A DNA stretch of 64,000 nucleotides from Cyclobacteriaceae bacterium (GCA_019638285.1 JAHBUB010000006.1:44219-108218); one strand, 5' to 3'; counted from the stretch's first letter, positions 1 to 10,648 are shown. Notes: generated by a model not told the origin, from the sequence alone. Translations and numbers: made by a program.

Positions 1-321
1 AAAGCACTTAAACCAAGTAAGCGGGGTGAACTAGAAATTACTGACATCAACAACATTTACCTGAAAAAAGAAAAACTTACTGTAGCCCAGATGAGCCGGG
101 GAACGGCCTGGCTGGATACCGGTACATTTGACTCATTGATGCAGGCCTCCAACTTTGTGCAGGTCATTGAACAAAGACAGAACTTAAAAGTAGGTTGTAT
201 TGAAGAGGTGGCCTATCGCATGAAGTTTATTAATAAAGAACAGTTGCTTGAGTTGGCTCAACCCCTCGAGAAAAGTGGGTACGGTGTCTATTTAAAAATG
301 ATTGCCAACTACTCCTCATAG
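1..321 (+). CDS. rfbA: Glucose-1-phosphate thymidylyltransferase, 3' part (5' end is outside the window)
   Basis: Frame is open from base 1: [18 protein letters not shown]...[28 protein letters not shown], the RmlA C-terminal signature. Confidence 0.95.
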   Translation, partial: KALKPSKRGELEITDINNIYLKKEKLTVAQMSRGTAWLDTGTFDSLMQASNFVQVIEQRQNLKVGCIEEVAYRMKFINKEQLLELAQPLEKSGYGVYLKMIANYSS

Positions 322-1322
322 TAGATCACGTGTAACAAAGTTGTTCCCACGGCTTCCAGCGTTTCCTTACTTATTAAATCCATATTGTCTTTTTGCGTAT
401 GGTGGTAATCACCGAAGTACCCAATGCCCTGCTGATAGTGTACAATATCTATCATCGGAATTTTTGCCCATTCATTTACATAAATATGATCATCTGTAAT
501 GGCATGAGCATTTTGCTTTACAAAATAATCTGAGTACCCTAACCTCGCCCCAGCATCCCAAACTTTAGCTACAATATTAGGGGCATATTGCAAGCTGGCA
601 CCTTCCCTGAAAAACTGAGATCCTTTCGCACCGACCATATCTAGCAATATCCCATAATAGGCCGAATAATTTGGTTTGTGTTTATTTCTCGACCAATATT
701 GAGAACCCATGCACCACCAACTGTCCCAATCTCCTGGTGGCTTTTGTTGTCCCTGGATACTTTCTGGCTCCCCCCAATCCTCACCATCAAATAGGATAAT
801 ATCAATTCCTATTTGAATTGAAGTGTCCGCTTTCAGTAGCCTGGCTACCTCCAGTAACACTCCCACTCCACTGGCTCCATCGTTGGCCCCATCCATTGGA
901 CCAATAGGATTGGTCGGGTCTTTATCTGCAAATGGCCGGGTATCCCAGTGTGCAGCAAGGAGCACACGCTTTTGCTTTTCTATTCCAAAGGAGGCTATAA
1001 TATTTCTAAGCTGAAGTTGTTGCCCCTGATAAGAGGGCGCCCTAAACTCCTGAGTAGTTACAGAGGCTCCATATCCTTTTAATTTGCTGATTAAGAACTC
1101 TCCCGCATCCCTATGGGCTTTGCTATTGGGCACCCTTGGGCCAAAGTCAACCTGTTTCTTTACGAACGAGTAGGCAGAGTCTGCATTAAATCTGGGTACT
1201 TTAACAATTCTTGTAGGTTTTGCCTCCTCTTCCGATTTGCTCTCCCCGCCTCCACAACTTATTAAAAAAAATAGGAGCATAAGTTGCCCTAGCAATAAAC
1301 ATAACCTCTTTTTATTCATCAT
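309..1322 (-). CDS. M28-fold lipoprotein, probable animal-type glutaminyl cyclase
   Basis: Lipobox LISC. Motifs [38 protein letters not shown] and HHT. Confidence 0.8.
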   Translation of the reverse strand: MMNKKRLCLLLGQLMLLFFLISCGGGESKSEEEAKPTRIVKVPRFNADSAYSFVKKQVDFGPRVPNSKAHRDAGEFLISKLKGYGASVTTQEFRAPSYQGQQLQLRNIIASFGIEKQKRVLLAAHWDTRPFADKDPTNPIGPMDGANDGASGVGVLLEVARLLKADTSIQIGIDIILFDGEDWGEPESIQGQQKPPGDWDSWWCMGSQYWSRNKHKPNYSAYYGILLDMVGAKGSQFFREGASLQYAPNIVAKVWDAGARLGYSDYFVKQNAHAITDDHIYVNEWAKIPMIDIVHYQQGIGYFGDYHHTQKDNMDLISKETLEAVGTTLLHVIYYEE

Positions 1323-1350
1323 AACCTCAATTTCGACATCCTGACAATAT

Positions 1351-1381
1351 TTTGCAATAAATTAAAAATCGATTACCTTTG
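1351..1381 (+). promoter_or_regulatory. Bacteroidota primary-sigma promoter of rimP-nusA-infB
   Basis: TTTG (1351-1354), 19-nt spacer, TACCTTTG (1374-1381). Matches TTTG-N19-21-TAnnTTTG. Confidence 0.8.
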
Positions 1382-1397
1382 CGACAACTTATGTGGA

Positions 1398-1435
1398 AAA
1401 CAGTAAGAGGGGACTAAAAAGTCCCCTCTTTGTTT
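1398..1435 (+). promoter_or_regulatory. rimP-leader-like hairpin (putative attenuator)
   Basis: Perfect 11-bp stem AAGAGGGGACT-AAAA-AGTCCCCTCTT (1405-1430) followed by TGTTT. It lies between the promoter and the rimP ATG. Confidence 0.7.
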
Positions 1436-1445
1436 ATCATAACTT

Positions 1446-1916
1446 ATGGATTTGAGCACACACATCACTGAACTAGTAGCCTCCTTATTATTAAAGGAGC
1501 CTCACCTTTTTTTAGTGGACATAGTTATATCTGGAAACAGGGTTCAAAAAAAGGTGGTTGTAATTATTGATGGAGACGAAGGAGTAACTATCGAGAATTG
1601 CGCGAAATTGAGCCGGGCCTTATCTGCAGAATTGGATGATGAAGAGCTTGTTCCCGAAAATTACGCCCTTGAAGTGACCACTCCGGGTGTTGACTTTCCG
1701 CTCAAACTGAAACGTCAGTATAAGAAACACATAGGCAGGGGATTCAAGATTTCTTTAATTGATAAGTCTGAGATAAAAGGAAAGTTGATTGGCTCTACTG
1801 AAGAATTCATTGAATTAGAAATTGAGGAAAAAATAAATAAAAAGAAAGAAGTGAAAACAATGGAAATACCATTTGATATGATTGACAAGGCATTAGTACA
1901 AATTTCTTTTAAATAA
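1446..1916 (+). CDS. rimP: Ribosome maturation factor RimP
   Basis: IDGDEGVTIENCAKLSR...YALEVTTPGV..PLK..RQY.K.IGR. First gene of the nusA-infB operon. Confidence 0.95.
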   Translation: MDLSTHITELVASLLLKEPHLFLVDIVISGNRVQKKVVVIIDGDEGVTIENCAKLSRALSAELDDEELVPENYALEVTTPGVDFPLKLKRQYKKHIGRGFKISLIDKSEIKGKLIGSTEEFIELEIEEKINKKKEVKTMEIPFDMIDKALVQISFK

Positions 1917-1925
1917 GTAAATAAC

Positions 1926-3172
1926 ATGGATGCTTCAACCTTAGTAGAATCCTTTGCAGACTTTGCAAAGCAAAAAAATATAGACAGACCAACCATGATT
2001 CGAATTCTGGAAGATGTTTTTCGGAACATGATTCGGAAGAAATACGAACACGATGACAATTTTGACATCATAGTGAACTCAGACAAGGGTGATCTTGAAA
2101 TTTGGCGCTTTCGCGAGATTGTAGAAGACGACTCTGAAGACATTTGGGATCACGACAAAATAAGTTTAAGTGAGGCACGGAAAATTGAGCCTGACTTTGA
2201 AGTAGGTGAAGAGGTGGCAGAAGAGGTTCATCTTGAAGATTTCGGCAGAAGAGCCGTGAGCACTGCACGCCAAACTCTTATGCAAAAGGTAAAGGACCTT
2301 GAAAAAGACATCCTTTTCGAAAATACAAAGAAATCGTTGGCGAGATTATTACCGGTGAGGTGTACCAGGTACTGAGTCGCGAAGTGTTACTGATCGATGG
2401 TGAAGGCAACGAAATTTCTTTACCGCGTAGCGAACAAATTCCAAAAGACCGCTACAGAAAAGGCGAGTCGATACGGGCGATCGTTCACAAAGTAGAAATG
2501 ATCAATGGCAATCCGAAAATTATTCTTTCCAGAACGTCTCCAGTATTTCTGGAACGATTGTTCGAACAAGAGGTACCGGAAGTATACGATGGATTGATTA
2601 CCATCAAGAAGGTAATCCGTGAGCCGGGCGAACGAGCAAAAGTAGCCGTAGAGTCTTATGACGATCGGATTGACCCTGTGGGGGCTTGTGTGGGAATGAA
2701 AGGCTCAAGGATTCATGCCATTGTGAGAGAGTTGCAAAATGAGAATATTGATGTCATCAACTATACCGAAAATCTTGATCTCTACATTACACGTGCGTTA
2801 AGCCCTGCTAAAATCACCAGCATTAAAGTGGATAAAGACAATGGGCGTGTATCTGTTTATTTAAAACCGGATCAGGTATCACTCGCCATCGGTAAAGGCG
2901 GCTTAAATATAAAGTTGGCCAGTCGTTTGGTAGATATGGAAATAGATGTATTTAGAGAAGACATGGAACTTCAAGACGAAGATGTTGACCTGCATGAATT
3001 CTCTGATGAAATTGAAAGTTGGGTGATTGATGAGCTCAACCGAATAGGCTTGGATACAGCAAAGAGTGTATTGGCATTGAATGCAGAAGAGTTAGTAAGA
3101 AGAACCGATTTGGAAGAAGAAACAGTAGAGCTCCTTCTAAAAGCACTTAAGAAAGAGTTCGAACAAGAATAG
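1926..3172 (+). CDS. nusA: Transcription factor NusA, split by a frameshift near 2320-2323
   Basis: ORF 1926-2375 gives the NusA N-terminus (FGRRAV..ARQ). ORF 2360-3172 gives the S1/KH part (REPGERAKVAV, DPVGACVGMKGSRI, AIGKGGLNIKLAS). One extra A in the run at 2320-2323 restores ...FEKYKEIVGEIITGEVYQ... Confidence 0.92.
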
Positions 3173-3211
3173 AACAAATAGAAAACCAAAAAATACCGAT
3201 ATTTGGGCAAC

Positions 3212-5881
3212 ATGGCAGAAAATAAAATGATACGGTTGGGGCAGGCATCTAGAAAGCTAAATGTGGGACACAATACCATATTGGATTTTCTTTCAGGAAA
3301 GGGATTTGATGTGGAAAACAACCCCAATGCCAAATTAACCGAAGAGCAGTTTGCCATGCTTTCAAAGGAGTTTGCTAGTTCAGCCTCTGAAAAGCGGGAA
3401 GCTTCTAGTTTAACAATCGGCATTAAGCATACGGAAGATGTCACTATTGAAACAGAGAACGAGGCTAGCCGGAAGAAATCTGATGAAGATGAGCAGATTT
3501 TAATAAAGAATCTCGGTTCCAGTGAAATCAAACCCAAGGAGGAGCCTAAGCAACCTGAAAGAGTTGAGTTAGAGACAACAAAACTTGAGGGTATTAAGGT
3601 TTTGGGTAAAATAGACCTTGAAAAGAAAAAGGTTACGGAAAAACCCAAAGAGGTAGCGCCCGTTGTACAGGCAAAAGAAGTAAAAAAGGAAGTAGAGGAG
3701 GTAAAGGAAATAAAAGAAGAGGAGAAGAAAGAGATTCCTCCCGTAAAGGAAGAAAAGAAAGAGCAGGAGGTCATCAAGGCAAAAGCCAATAGGTTGCAAG
3801 GCCTTAAAGTGGTGGATAGAATCGAATTACCTGTCGAGAAGAAAAAGGACCAACCTGTCGCTTCTTCTGACAAACGGGATGAATCGAGAAAAAGAAGACC
3901 TCGCAAAAGGATTATACCTCCTAAAGACGATCGAAGCAGTAAAGGTAAAAAACCGTTTGCCCCGCGTACGCAAAAAGCAGAACCCACAGAAAAAGAAATT
4001 CAAGAGCAGGTTCGTGCGACCCTCGCAAAACTGAGTGGTGGCCAGAAAAGAACGGGTGGCGCTAAGTACAGAAAAGAAAAACGGCAGGCTGTATCTGAGG
4101 CAGAAGATGAAAGGCTACTACAGGAACAGGAAGATTCAAAAACACTAAAAGTGACAGAGTTTATCTCTGCCAACGACCTTGCCTCTTTGATGAACGTATC
4201 GGTCAATGACGTGATCTCTACTTGCCTAAACCTGGGTATGTTCGTTTCCATCAACCAGCGATTGGATGCAGAGGCCATTACAGTAATTACTGATGAGTTT
4301 GGTTATGACGTGCAGTTTTCATCTTCTGAAGAAGAGCAGGTTGTAATAGAGGAAGAGGATGCAGAAGAAGATTTGGTGCCACGTGCCCCAATTGTAACCA
4401 TTATGGGTCACGTAGACCACGGTAAAACTTCATTACTCGATTACATCAGGCATACAAAAGTTACTGATGAAGAAGCCGGAGGAATTACACAGCATATTGG
4501 TGCCTATAACGTAACCACAAAGAGCAATCAAAAAATAGCATTCCTAGATACCCCAGGCCACGAGGCGTTTACTGCTATGCGCGCGCGCGGTGCCAAAATT
4601 ACAGATGTGGCCATTATCGTGGTGGCAGCTGATGATAATGTGATGCCCCAAACTAAGGAAGCGATTAACCACGCGCAGGTAGCAGGTGTCCCCATTGTAA
4701 TTGCAATCAATAAAATTGACAAGCCTGGCGCTAATCCGGAGAAAGTTAAAGAGTCCCTATCTAAAATTAACATTCTTGTGGAAGACTGGGGAGGAAAATA
4801 TCAATGCCAGGAGATTTCGGCAAAGACAGGGCAGGGTATTGATGATCTTCTGGAAAAAGTACTCCTTGAATCCGAACTGCTTAGCCTAAAGGTCAACCCC
4901 AATAAACCCGCTACCGGATCAGTGGTAGAAGCTGCCCTTGACAAGGGCCGCGGCTATGTTACTACTGTAATGGTGCAGGCTGGTACGCTTAAAATTGGTG
5001 ACATCATTCTTGCCGGATCTAACTTTGGTCGCGTAAAAGCCATGTTTGATGCTACTGGTAATAAAGTAAAATCGGCTGGCCCCTCTACCCCGGTGTTGGT
5101 ACTTGGATTGGATGGTGCAACGCAAGCTGGCGAGAAGTTTAACGTAATGGAAACAGACCGTGAGGCACGCGAAATCGCTGCCAAGCGTAGTCAAATTCAA
5201 AGAGAGCAAAGTATAAGGACTAAGAAGCATATCACGTTAGACGAAATTGGAAGACGTTTGGCCATTGGTTCATTTAAGGAATTAAGAATTATTGTTAAAG
5301 GTGACTTCGATGGTTCTGTAGAAGCCTTGGCTGACTCCTTGCTAAAGCTTTCAACTCCTAAAATACAAGTCAGCATTATCCACAAAGGTGTAGGACAAAT
5401 ATCCGAGTCTGATGTGTTGTTGGCCTCTGCCTCTGACGCGGTAATCGTTGGTTTCCAGGTAAGACCATCCAGCTCTGCTAGAAAAATTGCTGAAAACGAA
5501 GAAATTGAAATTCGCTTGTACTCAATTATCTATGACGCTATCAACGATGTGAAGGCCGCCATGGAGGGTATGTTGGAAAAAGAGTTTGAGGAAGTGATTG
5601 TGGGTAATGTGGATATAAGAGAAGTATTCAAGATTTCTAAAATAGGAACTGTAGCCGGTTGTATGGTAACCGATGGTTATATCAAGCGCGCCAACCCTAT
5701 TCGCCTCATTCGCGATGGTATCGTCATCTATTCTGGTGAAATGACAGCCCTGAAGCGCTTCAAGGATGATGTAGCCGAAGTGAAGGCTGGATTTGATTGC
5801 GGTATCAGTATCAAAAACTTCAACGATATTCAGGTTGGTGATGTAATAGAGAGTTACGAGAATCGCGAGGTGAAGAAGTAA
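3212..5881 (+). CDS. infB: Translation initiation factor IF-2
   Basis: [21 protein letters not shown]-domain motifs and IF-2 C-terminus. ATG at 3212 preferred over TTG at 3203. Confidence 0.98.
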   Translation: MAENKMIRLGQASRKLNVGHNTILDFLSGKGFDVENNPNAKLTEEQFAMLSKEFASSASEKREASSLTIGIKHTEDVTIETENEASRKKSDEDEQILIKNLGSSEIKPKEEPKQPERVELETTKLEGIKVLGKIDLEKKKVTEKPKEVAPVVQAKEVKKEVEEVKEIKEEEKKEIPPVKEEKKEQEVIKAKANRLQGLKVVDRIELPVEKKKDQPVASSDKRDESRKRRPRKRIIPPKDDRSSKGKKPFAPRTQKAEPTEKEIQEQVRATLAKLSGGQKRTGGAKYRKEKRQAVSEAEDERLLQEQEDSKTLKVTEFISANDLASLMNVSVNDVISTCLNLGMFVSINQRLDAEAITVITDEFGYDVQFSSSEEEQVVIEEEDAEEDLVPRAPIVTIMGHVDHGKTSLLDYIRHTKVTDEEAGGITQHIGAYNVTTKSNQKIAFLDTPGHEAFTAMRARGAKITDVAIIVVAADDNVMPQTKEAINHAQVAGVPIVIAINKIDKPGANPEKVKESLSKINILVEDWGGKYQCQEISAKTGQGIDDLLEKVLLESELLSLKVNPNKPATGSVVEAALDKGRGYVTTVMVQAGTLKIGDIILAGSNFGRVKAMFDATGNKVKSAGPSTPVLVLGLDGATQAGEKFNVMETDREAREIAAKRSQIQREQSIRTKKHITLDEIGRRLAIGSFKELRIIVKGDFDGSVEALADSLLKLSTPKIQVSIIHKGVGQISESDVLLASASDAVIVGFQVRPSSSARKIAENEEIEIRLYSIIYDAINDVKAAMEGMLEKEFEEVIVGNVDIREVFKISKIGTVAGCMVTDGYIKRANPIRLIRDGIVIYSGEMTALKRFKDDVAEVKAGFDCGISIKNFNDIQVGDVIESYENREVKK

Positions 5882-5899
5882 CTGGAAAGTAGCATAAAT

Positions 5900-5935
5900 A
5901 AAAAAGCCCCATGATTAATTTCATGGGGCTTTTTT
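5900..5935. terminator. Bidirectional intrinsic terminator between infB and lemA
   Basis: AAAAAAGCCCCATGA-TTAATT-TCATGGGGCTTTTTT. Confidence 0.9.
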
Positions 5936-5955
5936 GTTTTCTCTTGTCCCTGAAA

Positions 5956-6570
5956 TTAAAACTTAACCACTGGTGCGGTATCTGCACCCTGCTGTGCTTC
6001 AAATCCTTTTCGCACACTGAAGTCTTCCCCTCCTCCAAAAATACTGAGTGCCATTCTTCTGAAGAATCCACGAACATACGTGTTATAACCTTTTACCGAT
6101 TCATTGTATCGCTGTCGGGCTACATTGATTCTGTTCTCTGTTCCTTCCAATTGAGATTGCAAATCCAAAAAGTTCTGATTGGCTTTTAAGTCAGGATAAC
6201 GCTCTACTACTACCATTAATCGTGAAAGAGCAGAGCTCAAACCATCCTGTGCCTGTTGAAATTGTGCGAATTGTTCTGGCGTTACATTAGAAGGATCTAT
6301 GTTCACAGAGGTAGCTTTAGCCCGGGCTTCTATCACTCCCGTAAGGGTTTCCTTTTCAAAATCCGCATAGCCTTTTACTGTGCTCACCAAATTTGGAATC
6401 AAATCCATTCTTCGTTGGTACGTGGCCTGTACATCGGCCCATTGGGCGTTTACATTTTCTTGCTGTGCTATCGCCTTGTCAAAAATACCAGCACCCCACA
6501 TAAAGAACCCAATCACACATAAGACGATGGCACCAATGACTGCTAATGTCGTTATTAAACCTTTGCTCAT
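5956..6570 (-). CDS. lemA: LemA family protein
   Basis: N-terminal TM, YQRRMDLIPNLV.TVKGYA..E, ERYPDLKANQNF..LQ.QLEGTENRI.VAR..YN. Confidence 0.93.
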   Translation of the reverse strand: MSKGLITTLAVIGAIVLCVIGFFMWGAGIFDKAIAQQENVNAQWADVQATYQRRMDLIPNLVSTVKGYADFEKETLTGVIEARAKATSVNIDPSNVTPEQFAQFQQAQDGLSSALSRLMVVVERYPDLKANQNFLDLQSQLEGTENRINVARQRYNESVKGYNTYVRGFFRRMALSIFGGGEDFSVRKGFEAQQGADTAPVVKF

Positions 6571-6619
6571 AATTTATTATTTAGGTAAAGCTATTTCTTT
6601 ATTGTCAAAAATTTCAGGA

Positions 6620-7612
6620 TTAAACCACTAGATTTTTCTCCCTCAGAAATTCGACTATTTGCACTGCATTGGTGGCCGCACCCTTTCTAAGATTATCTGC
6701 AACAATCCACATATTTAGTGTTCTAGGCTGGGACTCATCCCTGCGAAGTCGCCCTACAAATACGTCATCTTTTCCATGTGCATTGATGGGCATCGGATAA
6801 ATATTATTCTGCACATCGTCCTCCACAATAATTCCCGGTGTGGACTCCAGCAAACTCCTAACCTCATCCAAATCAAAATCATCGTGAAATTCCACGTTTA
6901 CCGCCTCGGAATGCCCTCCCACAGCGGGTACGCGTACGGTTGTAGCCGTTAGCATAATAGATTGGTCTCCAAAAATTTTTTTTGTTTCATTTACCATCTT
7001 CATTTCCTCCTTGGTATATCCATTGTCCAAGAACGAATCAATGTGTGGAAGAATATTCATATCGATAGGATGAGGATAAACATTAAGCGTTTTATCTCCT
7101 TTGCGCTCGTTCATCATTTGATCCACCGCATCTTTGCCCGTTCCGGTAACAGATTGATAGGTAGAGACTACAATTCGTTTAATTCCGTATTTAACGTGGA
7201 GAGGCGCAAGGGCCAACACCATCTGAATCGTGGAGCAATTGGGATTGGCTATAATACGGTCATCTATCCGCAGAACATGGCCATTCACCTCCGGTACTAC
7301 CAGTTTCTTTTCGGGGTCCATGCGCCAAGCAGAAGAATTATCTATTACAATACATCCTTTCTCAGCAAATCGCGGAGCCCACTCAAGAGAAGTGTCTCCA
7401 CCTGCTGAGAAAATTGCTACTTCCGGTGCAAGATTACAGGTTTCATCTAGGCTTTTTATAATATACTTTTTATCTTTAAATAATAGGGTTTGCCCCACTG
7501 ATTTAGCTGAAGCTACTAGGTATAAATCTGAAAACTCAACATGCCTTTCCTCAATTACTTTCAACACTTCCTGCCCTACCAGTCCAGTTGCTCCTACTAT
7601 CGCCAGTTTCAT
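6620..7612 (-). CDS. asd: Aspartate-semialdehyde dehydrogenase
   Basis: GATGLVG, IDNSSAWRM, IANPNCST, YQSVTGTG, DNLRKGAA.NAVQI. Confidence 0.97.
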   Translation of the reverse strand: MKLAIVGATGLVGQEVLKVIEERHVEFSDLYLVASAKSVGQTLLFKDKKYIIKSLDETCNLAPEVAIFSAGGDTSLEWAPRFAEKGCIVIDNSSAWRMDPEKKLVVPEVNGHVLRIDDRIIANPNCSTIQMVLALAPLHVKYGIKRIVVSTYQSVTGTGKDAVDQMMNERKGDKTLNVYPHPIDMNILPHIDSFLDNGYTKEEMKMVNETKKIFGDQSIMLTATTVRVPAVGGHSEAVNVEFHDDFDLDEVRSLLESTPGIIVEDDVQNNIYPMPINAHGKDDVFVGRLRRDESQPRTLNMWIVADNLRKGAATNAVQIVEFLREKNLVV

Positions 7613-7640
7613 TATTTGTATAATCTAATTGGTTTAGGGG

Positions 7641-7648
7641 CAAAATTA
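7641..7648 (-). promoter_or_regulatory. -7 promoter element for asd
   Basis: Minus-strand TAATTTTG, 28 nt upstream of the asd ATG. Confidence 0.55.
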
Positions 7649-7654
7649 CCAATT

Positions 7655-10249
7655 TTGTCCTTATCAATAAAAATATTTGCTCCGTTCCTGATTCTGCTTT
7701 TTACCAACATCAGCTATTCACAAGTAGTAGATCATTTTTCCGACAATGACTTTACTTTAAATCCGACTTGGGCGGGAGATAATTCGAAATTCACCATCGA
7801 CAATTTCAAATTAAGGCTACAGGCACCTGCGGCCACCAGTACCGCTTATCTTTCAACAACCAACAATGCCATTAACAGTGGGGTTTGGGAGTTTACCCTA
7901 AGACTTGAGTTCAATCCATCGAGTAGTAATTATGTGCGTGTTTACCTGGTGTCAGATCAGGCTGATCTCTTGGGGTCATTGAATGGATATTTTGTGCTTA
8001 TTGGAGACCCACAAGATGAGATAAGTCTTTATCGACAATCAGGATCTTCTATTATAAAAATTGTAGATGGACCAGATGGAAGAGTAAATCTGTCCATTGT
8101 GGATTTGGCTGTAAAAGTGACGCGTGATGACCAGGGCAATTGGGAATTATTTTCTGATGTGGGGGTAACGGGCAACTTTAATTCCGAGGGAACAGCCGTT
8201 GACAATACTTTCAAAGCTTCAACTTATTTTGGAATTGTGTGTACTTATACCTCCACACGTTCAGATAAGTTTTATTTTGATGATTTGGTTGTTACCGGTA
8301 ATCCCTATGTGGATGTTGACCCACCTGTATTGACCAGCATTGAAGTCCTTTCATCACAAGAGATAGCACTCCATTTTAATGAATCTATTGATCCTGTCAA
8401 CGCTACCAATCCGCTTTTGTACGCATTAGGTTCGGGAACGACCCATCCTTCAGCGGTTATTTTCCAACCTGATGAGCAATCTATTAAGCTTTCATTCAAT
8501 GAGCCCTTTCCAAACGGGGTTATGCAATCATTGACTGTCAGCGGCTTAAAAGACCTGGTCGGCAATATACTTTCTACATCCAGTACTTTTCTTTACTTCC
8601 AGCCCATGCCTGTTAAGATGAAGGATGTCATTTTCACAGAAATATTTGCTGACCCAAGTCCGCAGATAAATTTGCCAGATGCGGAATATGTAGAGGTTTA
8701 CAACAGAAGCCTCAACCCCATTAATACTTTAGGATGGCAATTGAGCGATGGCAACTCTATTGCCACATTGCCTTACAAAATAATTTTGCCAAATGAATAT
8801 TGGGTAATTACCTCCTCTCCCAATGTTTTTAAATTTGGAATGAGTACTCCGGTGCTGGGAGTGTCTAATTTTCCTACACTGAATAATTCAAACGACACGC
8901 TCACTTTAAAAACACCCAATGGCATTACCATTGATTCATTAAATTACAACCTGTCGTGGTACCGGGATATTGATAAGCAAGAAGGCGGTTGGTCTTTGGA
9001 GCTAATCGACCCCAACAATCCATGTGCAGAAGAAGAAAATTGGGCAGCATCAGAAAGTGAGCAAGGGGGTACGCCCGGAGAGGTCAATTCCGTTTTTGCC
9101 AACAAGCCTGATCTCATAGGGCCAAAGCTTAGCAATGTAACCGTGCTTTCAACTATTCAGCTCCTGCTTTCCTTCAATGAGAAACTGGAAAGCCCAATCT
9201 CACATTCACCTACATTTTCTTTTTTACCAGCCATTGAGGTCACTAACTATCACTTTGAGTCAAAATCACTTCGCTCAATTGTTCTCAATTTATCCTCTCC
9301 TCTGGTTACAAAACAGCTTTATACAATTACCATCAAAAATCTTTATGATTGTAGTGAAAATATTATCCAAACAACATTTGATCATCTTGATTTTGCTTTG
9401 CCAGAGGAGGCTGAAGCAGGTGATGTCGTAATCAACGAGATTCTTTTTAATCCAAGGCCAAACGGAGTTGATTTTGTAGAGGTTTATAACCGATCTTCTA
9501 AATATATCAATTTGAAAAATTGGATTATTTCAAATTATGAGGGAGAATCCATCAGCAACCCCATAACCATAAGCACTCAAAACATGATGATCAGGCCCCA
9601 ACAATATCTGGTGTTGACAAGTGACCCGATCATTTTAAAAAACAATTATCCACAAGGGGTTGAGAATACCTTTATATCAACTAAACTTCCAAGTTTCCCG
9701 GATGACGAGGGCTCAGTCGCATTAGTTACTGCAGAGAGTAATCTTATCGATTACTTTCTATATCAGAAAAGTCTTCACTCCGAATTGATTAAAGATGAAG
9801 AAGGTGTTTCATTGGAAAGAATATCTTTAGAAGGTATTACTAATGATAAGGCCAACTGGAATTCTGCCTCTTCAGTAGCCGGGTTTGCCACGCCTGGATA
9901 CGTTAATTCTAATTCTAGACCTGATAACATTCCCTTTGATGAAGATGTAATTATCGATCCGCAAATTTTTACACCCAATTCAGGATCCTTTGATTTCTCT
10001 ACAATCAATTTTCATTTTGCCCAAACCGGTTTTATTGCCAACGTTAAAGTATTTGATTATCAGGGGCGGCTAATAAAAACGCTGGCAAATAATGAAACCC
10101 TTGGTCATGACGGTTTCTTCAGATGGGATGGAGACCTTGAAGATGGAGCCAAGGCGAGAGCCGGCTATTATTTTGTGTGGTTTGAGGTTTTTAATATGGA
10201 TGGTTTGGTTAAAACCTTTCGAAGAAGAGTGATCGTGGTGAATCGATAA
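7655..10249 (+). CDS. Secreted Ig-like/lamin-tail-domain protein with T9SS type-B-like C-terminal domain
   Basis: Signal peptide ending ISYS|Q. Two Ig+LTD units (VIFTEIFADP / VVINEILFNP; GGTPG.VNS / ATPGYVNS). C-terminus FTPN...VKVFDYQGRLIK...WDG...GYY. The ORF-track start at 7541 overlaps asd, so TTG 7655 is more plausible. Confidence 0.75.
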   Translation: MSLSIKIFAPFLILLFTNISYSQVVDHFSDNDFTLNPTWAGDNSKFTIDNFKLRLQAPAATSTAYLSTTNNAINSGVWEFTLRLEFNPSSSNYVRVYLVSDQADLLGSLNGYFVLIGDPQDEISLYRQSGSSIIKIVDGPDGRVNLSIVDLAVKVTRDDQGNWELFSDVGVTGNFNSEGTAVDNTFKASTYFGIVCTYTSTRSDKFYFDDLVVTGNPYVDVDPPVLTSIEVLSSQEIALHFNESIDPVNATNPLLYALGSGTTHPSAVIFQPDEQSIKLSFNEPFPNGVMQSLTVSGLKDLVGNILSTSSTFLYFQPMPVKMKDVIFTEIFADPSPQINLPDAEYVEVYNRSLNPINTLGWQLSDGNSIATLPYKIILPNEYWVITSSPNVFKFGMSTPVLGVSNFPTLNNSNDTLTLKTPNGITIDSLNYNLSWYRDIDKQEGGWSLELIDPNNPCAEEENWAASESEQGGTPGEVNSVFANKPDLIGPKLSNVTVLSTIQLLLSFNEKLESPISHSPTFSFLPAIEVTNYHFESKSLRSIVLNLSSPLVTKQLYTITIKNLYDCSENIIQTTFDHLDFALPEEAEAGDVVINEILFNPRPNGVDFVEVYNRSSKYINLKNWIISNYEGESISNPITISTQNMMIRPQQYLVLTSDPIILKNNYPQGVENTFISTKLPSFPDDEGSVALVTAESNLIDYFLYQKSLHSELIKDEEGVSLERISLEGITNDKANWNSASSVAGFATPGYVNSNSRPDNIPFDEDVIIDPQIFTPNSGSFDFSTINFHFAQTGFIANVKVFDYQGRLIKTLANNETLGHDGFFRWDGDLEDGAKARAGYYFVWFEVFNMDGLVKTFRRRVIVVNR

Positions 10250-10605
10250 ATAAATACTAGTGAGTCGAGGGGCAGGGTCTAAATGGATCCGATCTGTGTC
10301 TTTATCGATAGCTCAATTCAGTCAATCCACTCATTTGCACTAAGAATCTCTAATGCTAAAACCTATTCTAAGTCTTTTTGGCAAATCCAGCCCGCAAAGG
10401 GTTTTCATGTACTCATTCTGTCTTCAATCCCACTTACCAATCTCACCAAAATAAACTCATCACAAAAGAGTAATGGTGCCACGAAACAGCCCTAGAATCC
10501 CCTTTCAATTTAAAATCCTAACTTTCCTAAAAATTTACCAAATCCAATGATTTTCAATGATTTGGAATTAATCACAATACATTTTTTGTTTAGGGGGCGA
10601 GCGGT

Positions 10606-10613
10606 TATTTTTG
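10606..10613 (+). promoter_or_regulatory. -7 promoter element for the dksA-like/scpB/rluB operon
   Basis: TATTTTTG at 10606-10613 with TTTG at 10585-10588. The 17-nt spacer is slightly short. Confidence 0.5.
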
Positions 10614-10648
10614 CGCATCTTTTCTGAATACGATAAACCAGAGGAATT

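Noticed and set aside
2971-3987. 338-aa antisense ORF over nusA/infB (and similar shadow ORFs at 10658-11058, 12130-12545, 6962-7628, 43032-43538)
   Set aside because: Mirror images of Lys/Glu-rich or conserved sense genes. They read as low-complexity S/F/L sequence with no family motifs.
5956-6570. lemA without its usual TPM-domain partners
   Set aside because: The partners may be elsewhere in the genome, and stand-alone lemA is common.
7541-7654. Extended ORF-track starts (also 16216, 25128, 41208, 41253, 44125, 46466, 50267)
   Set aside because: They overlap neighbouring genes or promoters. Downstream starts give clean signal peptides or family N-termini.
10283-10495. 70-aa ORF in the long intergenic gap
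   Set aside because: No recognisable motif, promoter or signal, so it is not supportable as a gene.
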